From a bacterium (GTDB taxonomy: Bacteria > SZUA-182 > DTGQ01), in contig JBFMGO010000001.1 in NCBI GenBank assembly GCA_040752695.1, positions 1 to 44,148 of the forward strand: a stretch of DNA of 44,148 bases. The letters run 5' to 3'. Shown here piece by piece: positions 19,401 to 26,574 of the stretch. Numbering within the stretch: position 1 is the stretch's first letter; the number at the start of each line of letters is the position of its first letter. Below the pieces are notes generated by a model. It ran no database searches. It worked only from the letters and a program-made list of their open reading frames with translations, and was not told the DNA's origin. Made by a program: the position numbers and the translations under genes.

Positions 19401-21919
19401 TAATATCTAGCCATACGATAGCGGCTCAATTTGCAATAGATACCTACACACTCGACATAACTCCATCAGGCACAGGAATAGGAACGGTCACGAGTTCCCC
19501 ATCAGGCATAGACTGCGGCCTTGACTGCACGGAAGACTACCCGCAGGGCACAGTGGTCACCCTCTCAGCCAACCCGGATGCAGGTTCAACCTTTACCGGC
19601 TGGTCAGGCGGAGGGTGCAGCGGCATGGAAACATGCCAAGTAACCATGAATGCGGATATGGTCATAATCGCAACCTTTAATGGATGCATCTTTCAGAATT
19701 GTCAAGACTGCCATGCGAATATGACTGATACCGCAAGCCATGCTCTTCACCTTGGGGCGGATGCTCGCGGAACATCGATGAGCTGTACGGACTGCCACAG
19801 TGGGGATAAGCTGGAGGATCCATGCCTGCCCTGCACCAGGGTATTCGCTGATGACGAGCCCCTGGTCCGGACTGCCGTCTGCGATAGTTGTCACGGCCCG
19901 GATGGGGTTTTTGACGGCTCGGATGATCCTGTGATCGGAGCCAAGGCCAACTGGCCGGGCGGAGTCTATCAACAGCCCGACGGTCTGGAGCTAAAGCCCG
20001 GCCTGGAAAACTGGTGTGCAGGCTGCCACGATAACGGTTCAGCAGCCTGCGCTGGTGTATCCGCTCCCAATGTTATGGGCGATAACTCCACCTATGGCTA
20101 CAACATTACCGGCCACAGGATTACCTGTACAGCCTGCCATAAGGCAAGCATGCCCCATATCGATGGCAGGGCCCGTACGTATTCCCATGATTCCAATCCA
20201 TTCGATCCCGATGATTCGAATAATTACCAGAACGGCTATCGCCTGAGCATTTCCATGACCATTCCATTGGGTGTCGGGCCTCTTGGAGGGAGCGCTCCGG
20301 AGCGGTTTGCCCTCTGCTTTTCCTGCCACAACTACGACCAGATTATGGACACTGCTGCTCCTTTTAGCACCAATTTTCAGGATGACGGGATCAACCGGCA
20401 CAGATCCCATCTCACGGCGGGGCGATATGCCTGGGATTCAGACTGGGATTATCTCAAGGCACCCGATGAAATCATCGTCGACAACGTGCAGGTACTCTTT
20501 ACCGGTGACTGGCCTTCCTCTACGGCAGTGGGAGGATATTATGGAACCGACTATCAGTGGCATACAGCAGGAGATGGTACAGGCTCCGCCACCTGGACTG
20601 CGCTTCTTCCCCAAAGCAGAGACTACAAGGTCTATGCCCGATGGACAGCAGATACTGACAGGGCCAATAACGCCCGCTATGCCATTACCTATGATGGCGG
20701 CACCTTTACTGCCAGCGTGGATCAAAGGACAGGCGGAGGCACCTGGACACTTTTGGGAACCTTCTTCTTTGTCGAGGGAACTTCGGGCTATGTCCAGCTT
20801 TCCGACCTAGCCGATGGGGTAGTCGTGGCCGATGCGGTCAAATTCGGCGACCCTCTGGTTGAATCCCTCATCAGTTGTCCTGCCTGCCACAATGTGCACG
20901 GATCTCCCAATCCGGCCATGATCCGCCACGGAGAACTGATCAGTACCCCCGGAAGCTCCGATAAGGTACCGGCTTTACATTATCGCTGGTATAAGGCGGA
21001 TGGATATACCCCCACGATCTTTGGGCAGGAAAGCGCTTATGCCGATATGCCTCTTCTGGGTGGTGTCGGAGGTGGTACTCTGGAAGAGAGCATGGTCTGT
21101 GACTGCTGCCACAGCGGGCCAAGCCCGATCAAATATGGAAGGACCTATCAGGCCCTGCCTCTGCCCGCAGGCTCCTGGCAAAGACCGGCCCTGCCTCCTT
21201 CGATTCGCCAGTTAAGCCCGCAGGCAGGCAGTCAGGATGTGGCCGCAGATCGCACCTTACGCTTTCTGCTTCTCTCCAACGGTCAGGATGCACTCGACTG
21301 GACCAGCTTTTCCATCTCCCTTCAAGGAGACCTCGGCTATTCGCAAACCTATACAGATGAAGACGCCGGCGCGGTTTCCGTTTCAGGAACCTCTTCCTGC
21401 TATTGGGTAAGTGTTGATCCCGGCATAGATTTCGGTGACCGGGAGCGGATTACCGTGACCGTGTCTATTCAGGATGAGGCCGGACACACCCTGACTCCGC
21501 CATCCTGGGCTTTTACTACCTCTTTGCCGGCTATCTGGAGGACTCCTCAAGGGGTCCTTTCTGATAACCTTTTCTGGATGCCGGAGTGTCTTATCGATGA
21601 TCTGCCTGAGACTGGCAATATGTACACTCCCTTTCCCAGCCACTGGGTGATTTTCGATCTGGGTCAAAGCTGCCAGGTAACCCATGTCCGTCTGCTTCTA
21701 TCTCCAGCTTACTCAGCCAGGTTGTGGACCATCTCTGTCAGCGACGATCCGGATAATTTTGGCCCTGCGGTCAAGACCAATTGGCCGGCTCAGCCCGATC
21801 CGGCAGGAACAGATACTGAGATTACGGCCAAACAGGGACGATACCTTAAACTCTCTGTCGGCATGGGACCCTTGGAGAAAAATATGCTCCTTGAAGTAGA
21901 CTTTGCCGCGGGGAATTAA
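16382..21919 (+). CDS. Large secreted multiheme (8 CxxCH) cytochrome c with beta-propeller repeats, Ig/InlB-B-like repeats, a golvesin/xanthan-lyase CBD-like insert, an Ig-like domain and a discoidin-like C-terminus
   Basis: 14 SIAIDSNNKVHISY-type repeats; YTVTPSAGAGGSISP repeats; CQDCH, CTDCH, CDSCH, CAGCH, CTACH, CFSCH, CPACH and CDCCH; EIIVDN...VVADAVKF; WVIFDLG...GRYLKL. Signal peptide LKLLLLVFAVFLFAALPSLSFA, so the true start may be TTG 16523. Confidence 0.85.
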   Translation: MMKKINDLVRDLLLSGNLKHETRNWFAADSRKLKTEGSFYWKPETRNLKLLLLVFAVFLFAALPSLSFAAWTIESVDAPKYFEQMSPRSIAIEKTTNRPHIAYGGDHLYHAYYDGTQWRYEIIDNSPSVGKYASIAIDSNNKVHISYYDYVNRSLKYATNLSGSWVISEIDSYADAGLGCSIALDSNDKVHISYMNWVIRSLKYATNASGAWITATVDSSVQVGDTTSLAIDSSNGIHISYHDSTNQHLKYATNTSGSWVTSTVDSAYLVGGWSSIAIDSNKKIHISCRDYGNDDLKYVTNTSGAWVATTLDSMGQVGIYTSLAIDSTNKVHIGYYDFTNGDLKYITNVTGAWVRSIIDSAGNVGVYPSIIIDSSNKVHISYGGQYSGDLKYTTNVSGSWVISTVDHGSNEGRYNSIAVDSNNKIHISYSGNNNLRYATDASGAWVTSTIDSGDDGSYVGLFSSIAVDSNNKVYISYQDYPNRGLKYATNASDSWTTSTIYPNGGSYTSIALDSNNKVHISFENNGLKYITNISGAWTVTSIDSPQIGATSIAIDSNNKVHISYYDRTNLDLKYATNVSGSWVNYVIDSSEDKGEGCAIALDSNDKVHISYRDRSSHKLRYATNMSGSWVTSIIESIEALQTSIAVDENNKVHIGYLNYVNGDLKYATNVSGLWTTSTVDSIGIVGWYPSIVLDKNNIVHISYYDYGNEDLKHAFADTIPPITTALPQGGIYNSAQSVTLSCNDDTGSGCNATYYCYGSDCTPTTAYSGVITISSSTSLRFYSLDIAGNSEQTKTEIYTIAYAVTPSAGAGGSISPSTPQTVNHGSTTSFTITPDAGYHIVSVAGCGGTLSGNTYTTGPITADCSVSAIFAIDTYTVTPSAGAGGSISPSTPQTVNHGSATSFTVTPDAGYHIVSVTGCGGTLSGNTYTTGPITADCSVSAIFAIDTYTVTPSAGAGGSISPSTPQTVEYNSTISFTIIPDPGYHIADVIVDGSSIGAVTTYTFTNIISSHTIAAQFAIDTYTLDITPSGTGIGTVTSSPSGIDCGLDCTEDYPQGTVVTLSANPDAGSTFTGWSGGGCSGMETCQVTMNADMVIIATFNGCIFQNCQDCHANMTDTASHALHLGADARGTSMSCTDCHSGDKLEDPCLPCTRVFADDEPLVRTAVCDSCHGPDGVFDGSDDPVIGAKANWPGGVYQQPDGLELKPGLENWCAGCHDNGSAACAGVSAPNVMGDNSTYGYNITGHRITCTACHKASMPHIDGRARTYSHDSNPFDPDDSNNYQNGYRLSISMTIPLGVGPLGGSAPERFALCFSCHNYDQIMDTAAPFSTNFQDDGINRHRSHLTAGRYAWDSDWDYLKAPDEIIVDNVQVLFTGDWPSSTAVGGYYGTDYQWHTAGDGTGSATWTALLPQSRDYKVYARWTADTDRANNARYAITYDGGTFTASVDQRTGGGTWTLLGTFFFVEGTSGYVQLSDLADGVVVADAVKFGDPLVESLISCPACHNVHGSPNPAMIRHGELISTPGSSDKVPALHYRWYKADGYTPTIFGQESAYADMPLLGGVGGGTLEESMVCDCCHSGPSPIKYGRTYQALPLPAGSWQRPALPPSIRQLSPQAGSQDVAADRTLRFLLLSNGQDALDWTSFSISLQGDLGYSQTYTDEDAGAVSVSGTSSCYWVSVDPGIDFGDRERITVTVSIQDEAGHTLTPPSWAFTTSLPAIWRTPQGVLSDNLFWMPECLIDDLPETGNMYTPFPSHWVIFDLGQSCQVTHVRLLLSPAYSARLWTISVSDDPDNFGPAVKTNWPAQPDPAGTDTEITAKQGRYLKLSVGMGPLEKNMLLEVDFAAGN
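18794..19285 (+). repeat. 219-bp (73-aa) near-identical intragenic tandem repeat, about 2.2 copies
   Basis: accccatcggctggagcaggtggcagtat begins at 18794, 19013 and 19232. Confidence 0.9.
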
Positions 21920-22050
21920 CTCCGGGCAAGGTCGATAAAGCGAGTCCGGCAGGTGCCTTTTAGGGTAAGCGAGCCTGACCTCATTGAGAATATGAAGGAG
22001 AATAATGCCATGAAAAAAAGGATCTTCAGTTCATAAGATCCGGCCATACA

Positions 22051-22449
22051 TCACCTGCCGCTCATGAGTATGTATCCCCTCCACAAGCCATGCAGGTTGC
22101 AGTATCCCCTGACCATGACGGGGGCTCCCCGCCGATCGAACAGAGCAGAGGGAGTATCTCCGGGACTGAGAAACTGGCGGCATGTCCTTTCCTCACCAAT
22201 GACCTCGATCCACTCTACATAATGCCTTTGCTCCATGGGATGGCGCTCGCAGATCCCGACCCTTACGGCAAGACCCTGAGGCACCGGTTCAAGCACAGGG
22301 ATATGTTCCGCCCTGATGGCTTCACATCTACTCTCCATACAGTGCTTCATAAATTGGCCGCAGCAGACAAGCTGCCCTGAACCTCCACGGGTTATTTCAA
22401 CAATGGTTTCACAAAATTCACATTTGTAGATCTGGAATCTCTTTGTCAT
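22051..22449 (-). CDS. dfx: Desulfoferrodoxin (2Fe superoxide reductase), variant active-site loop
   Basis: Centre I YKCEFC...LVCCG; centre II HIP, HPM, HY and YCNLHGLW. Start MTKRFQIYKC at 22449 rather than 22620. Confidence 0.85.
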   Translation of the reverse strand: MTKRFQIYKCEFCETIVEITRGGSGQLVCCGQFMKHCMESRCEAIRAEHIPVLEPVPQGLAVRVGICERHPMEQRHYVEWIEVIGEERTCRQFLSPGDTPSALFDRRGAPVMVRGYCNLHGLWRGYILMSGR

Positions 22450-22664
22450 TTTTCGTATCCTTGCAGTATTTTCGGCACCTATCGAAGGCGGAAATGACTT
22501 CCTTGCCGATTTCACGATAAATTGTTCTTGCCAGGCTTTCCCGAAGTTGCTTTTAGAGCCTCCCGATAAATAGATTGTCATATATCCATATGAATCAAAT
22601 TTTCTCCCTGGATATGACAAGGGAAGGAAACGGTGACAATATCTGATGATGAGAGAGTTATTTT

Positions 22665-24176
22665 ATGCCCAAGGCAGCAGGTAGCCGACCCATAAAAAAA
22701 ATTCCATATATAATAGCCACCGGCTTTACAACGGCCTTTCTGGGAGATGAGCGTTCTCTCAGGGAATTTATTGTCGGGGATGCGATAAAGAGCGCCCTTG
22801 AGCGGAAAGGTAAAAATACGCTTCTCTATCTCATCAACGACAGCTACGATCCTTTGAATTACCGTCAGCTCAGGGTGGGGGTTAATAAGGACGAGAATCT
22901 CCTGAGCCGTTTTGAGCCCTATTGCGGCCGCCCCATTTCCGAGGTTCCTGATCCTTTTGGCTGCCATGAGAATTACTCTCAGCATTTTGCCCGGGCACTT
23001 ATCAAGAGGCTGCATTCGCTCGATATTTATCCGGTGCTGCTTGATTCTTATCACACCTACCGCAAAGGGTATTATGCGGATTTTATCTCCACAACCTTCG
23101 AGAACTATGCGAAAATTCAAGAGCTGCTTTCGCAGCGCTTTAAGAATTTTACCATGAAGAATCTGTTTCGGGTTCAGTGCCCGAAATGCTCATGCCTCGA
23201 TGCCACCCATATCCTCAAGGTGAGCGGCCATGAGCTTCGATTCGGATGTGAGCGGTGCGGCAGGTCGGACATGGTGCAGGGGATTGACGAGGTTCGCGGA
23301 AAGTTGAGCTGGAAGCTTGATTGTGCGGCTCGTTGGAATCTCTATGGGATCGACCTGGAGACCTTTTCCAAGGCACACATTGCCGAACTGGGGAGCTTTG
23401 AGATATCCCGCTTTATATCTCAAGAGTTCTACGGAGGGAAAGTACCGACTGTTGCGCGCTATGGTGATGTAAGATTGAGCAGGGAACTTTCCTGCAAACT
23501 TCTTAAAATACTCCCTCCGGAGATTTTCAAGGCGCTTTTCTCTACCAGTCGCATCCGGGATCTGATTCTGACCAAAGATTATGTGGAACATTTTTGCCGG
23601 GGATACATAGTCCGGCCTGGAATGAGCTACATCGATTACGTGCGCAGTGAGCTTCCCAAGCGTGCCATTCATGAGAAGAGCCTGCATGAGCCGGACCTTG
23701 AGCCGCTTATACCTTTCGATGCGCAAGAGGAGCATATCTCGGAGAAGGCTCTTGTAACATACGGAAATCACTTTTCCAAGTTTTACTATGGCAGGGAGTA
23801 TGAGATTCGCCTGCCTGATGCCGATCTTATTGGCTCTGCTGACCAGGCAACGGCAAAGATGGCCCTGGAAGTGATTCGTTATGCCCTTTTTGTGCGCAAG
23901 AGCCGGGGGACAAATGGCCATGAGGATACCCATGACCTGATCAGGTCGTATCTCCATTCAGAGAAACCCTCTCCCCAGCTCTTTCGATACCTGCGGAGAA
24001 TACTTGGTCAGGCCGACGGCCCCAATATCGTAACCTTGCTGGCTATTCTGCCCAGAGATTATCTGAAGGTGATTCAGACCATGCTTGGTTATTATGCCGG
24101 GCAGAGTCATGCTGTCAAGGTTCAGAAGGGAGAAAACGATCCTGAGGAGAGTTTTTCGGCCCTCTATGAAAGTTAA
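22665..24176 (+). CDS. Class I lysyl-tRNA synthetase-like protein lacking HIGH and KMSKS motifs
   Basis: LysRS1 hallmarks LREF, NDSYDPL, GRPISEVPDPFGCHENYSQHF, Zn-ribbon CPKC/CERC, GKLSWKLDCAARW and GIDLE. The HIGH position reads GDERS and no KMS motif is present. Confidence 0.8.
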   Translation: MPKAAGSRPIKKIPYIIATGFTTAFLGDERSLREFIVGDAIKSALERKGKNTLLYLINDSYDPLNYRQLRVGVNKDENLLSRFEPYCGRPISEVPDPFGCHENYSQHFARALIKRLHSLDIYPVLLDSYHTYRKGYYADFISTTFENYAKIQELLSQRFKNFTMKNLFRVQCPKCSCLDATHILKVSGHELRFGCERCGRSDMVQGIDEVRGKLSWKLDCAARWNLYGIDLETFSKAHIAELGSFEISRFISQEFYGGKVPTVARYGDVRLSRELSCKLLKILPPEIFKALFSTSRIRDLILTKDYVEHFCRGYIVRPGMSYIDYVRSELPKRAIHEKSLHEPDLEPLIPFDAQEEHISEKALVTYGNHFSKFYYGREYEIRLPDADLIGSADQATAKMALEVIRYALFVRKSRGTNGHEDTHDLIRSYLHSEKPSPQLFRYLRRILGQADGPNIVTLLAILPRDYLKVIQTMLGYYAGQSHAVKVQKGENDPEESFSALYES

Positions 24177-24200
24177 TTCAAGCATAGCACGGGGGATTTT

Positions 24201-25037
24201 ATGAAAAGACTGCTAGACGTTCTTTGGCCGGTGTTGTTTTTTGTCATCCTTCTGGGATGCCAGAAGGGGAGTGAGGTTACCAGCCCTGGTCGTCAGGGGA
24301 AAGATTCATCTCTTGAGAGGGTGAATAAAGCTGGCGTCCTGCTGTGGGGAGCGGATGTAATCGGCGGAGTTCCCTATGTGTATGAAGATCCTGAACGCCC
24401 GAACACCTATATCGGTTTTGAGGTAGACATAGCCAGGGCCATTGCCCTGCATCTGGGAGTAAAACAGAAATTAGTTATCAAGGCATGGGACACCCTGATT
24501 CCGGAACTTCAAAAAGAAAGTTTTGATATCGCCATGAATGGCATCGAGGATACGCAGGATCGAAGAAAAATGGTTCTTTTTTCAGACCCCTATTATGTTT
24601 ATTCCCAGCAGATCACGGTGAGGAAGGAAACCGAAGGGATCAGCACCCTGGAGGATCTCAAAGGGAAAACGGTGGGCACTCTTTCCGGAACAGCGGCTGA
24701 AGACATTTTACGAAAGGTCGCAGGGATCGAAGTGAGTATCAACCCGGAAATTATTTACAGTTATCGGGATCTGGAGGATGGCCGTGTGGATGCAGTCATC
24801 CTTGATAAGCCTATTGCCGTGGCCTACGGTGCTTCTAATCCTAAGTTGAAAAATGTGGGAGAGTCTTTTGAAGAGGGCACCTATGTAATCGCTCTGCGCA
24901 AAAGTGACAAGGCCCTTTTAGATGCGATCAATGCTGCCTTGAAGGCCATTAAGGATAATGGTGAACTGGCGGATATTTACCGTAAGTGGGGTATTATGGA
25001 CGAGCATCAGAAGCGTATCGGAGTTATGTCACAATGA
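24201..25037 (+). CDS. Polar amino-acid-binding lipoprotein (SBP family 3), no adjacent permease or ATPase
   Basis: Lipobox ILLGC; GFEVDIA, WDTLIPELQ, FSDPYY and GTLSGT. Confidence 0.9.
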   Translation: MKRLLDVLWPVLFFVILLGCQKGSEVTSPGRQGKDSSLERVNKAGVLLWGADVIGGVPYVYEDPERPNTYIGFEVDIARAIALHLGVKQKLVIKAWDTLIPELQKESFDIAMNGIEDTQDRRKMVLFSDPYYVYSQQITVRKETEGISTLEDLKGKTVGTLSGTAAEDILRKVAGIEVSINPEIIYSYRDLEDGRVDAVILDKPIAVAYGASNPKLKNVGESFEEGTYVIALRKSDKALLDAINAALKAIKDNGELADIYRKWGIMDEHQKRIGVMSQ

Positions 25038-26488
25038 ATGGATATGGTAATTTGATTGGTGATGTCATCTCTTATCGGGGAATTCCCCACGAAGTGATCT
25101 CACCGGTAACAGGCTGTTCCATAGGGATCGTACCTCTGGTCACAAAGGAGGATATCGACCAGGCCCTTTTGGATTTTGCCGAGCGCTCGCCGATACTCCC
25201 GCGAAGGACGGTATTTGCCTTTCTCCAGCGGCTAAAGGAGCAACTTGTGGCCAGACGTGATCTTTTTTTTGAAAAAACCTATCTGGAAACCGGATTTGTC
25301 TCAAGGGACAGCAGGGAGATTATAGACAGCTCGATAGAGTTTTTGAATGATTTCGAGATTTACGTTCAGGACAAAGCTTTCAGGGAGCAGATTATTCGGC
25401 ACTCCTATTCATCAGGGTCAGACCGGGATATCCGGATTACGCAGCGCCCCTTTCACTGTGTTGCAGCGGTTGTTCCGCAGAATGCTTCCCTTTCGCTCAG
25501 TATCACCATTATTGCTTCTGCCCTTTACGCCGGTTCACGTGTTATTCTCCGGCCTTCGCTCCAGAACGGACCTACCGGCGCTCTTCTGGCCGAAGCGGTC
25601 ATGAGAAGTGATCCGCCACCAGGCTCTATAATCATTGCCAATTGCCTGGCCCGGGACTTTGTGGATGCCTGCTGCGCTTCTGAATCCGTGGATCTGATTC
25701 ACTATATTGGAAGCAATCAGTATGCCCAATCGGTTTTCACCCAGGCGTTTAGCGCAGGGAAAATCTGCCTTCTCGATGGCCAGGGCAATGGGCTCCTCTA
25801 CCTGGACGATACCTTCCCTCTGGCGGATGCAGTCAGCATTATCACATCAGGAGCAACACGATATAATGGCGAAACCTGTACTTCCATTAATGGTGTTCTG
25901 ATCAAGGACATTATCTACGAGCCGGTTAAAGAGGCCCTGGTGGATTCTTTTCGAAACCTGCACCTGGGTCCCCCACTGGATCAGGGCATCCATGTCGGCC
26001 CCCTTTTCAGTGAGAAGCAGGCACTTTCACTGCAAAGGATCATTCAGGAAACGCTCGGTGCTCAGGTCCTTTGCGGAGGTGAGAGAGAGGGTGCGTATTT
26101 CAAACCAGCGGTAGTGGAAGGGGTCAATCTCGGTGATCCTATTGTCTGCGAGGGAGTATTTGGCCCTGTCATCTGGATCCGAAGCGTGAGTGAGAGCGAT
26201 CTGTGGGCATGGTTCAAGGGAAACCGGTTCCCCTTGAGTGACACGATCTTGAGCACCAACCACAATCTGATCCGTACCTTTGCTGAAAACTCCAGGGCAG
26301 CCAGGATCTGTGTCAATGAGGACCCGTCCGTGGAGTCTATGTTTGAGCCCTGGGGTGGATACCCGCCCAGTGGGCTGAATCCTGTCTCTGTCTGGGTAGA
26401 AAAATACCGGCAGACCTTCCAATTGGACGGCAGATTGAGGGAAATTATGGCTATCCCGTTTCCGGCATGGCAGGGTGAGAGCGGTTGA
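25034..26488 (+). CDS. Aldehyde dehydrogenase family protein with atypical active-site motifs
   Basis: PQN, YIGS, catalytic Cys in NGETCTS, EGVFGPV and PWGG. The ELGG motif reads DGQG. ATG 25034 overlaps the SBP stop (ATGA). Confidence 0.85.
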   Translation: MNGYGNLIGDVISYRGIPHEVISPVTGCSIGIVPLVTKEDIDQALLDFAERSPILPRRTVFAFLQRLKEQLVARRDLFFEKTYLETGFVSRDSREIIDSSIEFLNDFEIYVQDKAFREQIIRHSYSSGSDRDIRITQRPFHCVAAVVPQNASLSLSITIIASALYAGSRVILRPSLQNGPTGALLAEAVMRSDPPPGSIIIANCLARDFVDACCASESVDLIHYIGSNQYAQSVFTQAFSAGKICLLDGQGNGLLYLDDTFPLADAVSIITSGATRYNGETCTSINGVLIKDIIYEPVKEALVDSFRNLHLGPPLDQGIHVGPLFSEKQALSLQRIIQETLGAQVLCGGEREGAYFKPAVVEGVNLGDPIVCEGVFGPVIWIRSVSESDLWAWFKGNRFPLSDTILSTNHNLIRTFAENSRAARICVNEDPSVESMFEPWGGYPPSGLNPVSVWVEKYRQTFQLDGRLREIMAIPFPAWQGESG

Positions 26489-26574
26489 CGATGAAGAGTT
26501 AAGCAACCACTTACGAATACCAAAAAATCTACCAGATCTTATACCGGATCTTTATAGTTGTTGATAGGCAGGCG

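Noticed and set aside
22665..24176. Annotation as housekeeping lysS
   Set aside because: HIGH and KMSKS equivalents are absent, so no gene symbol was assigned.
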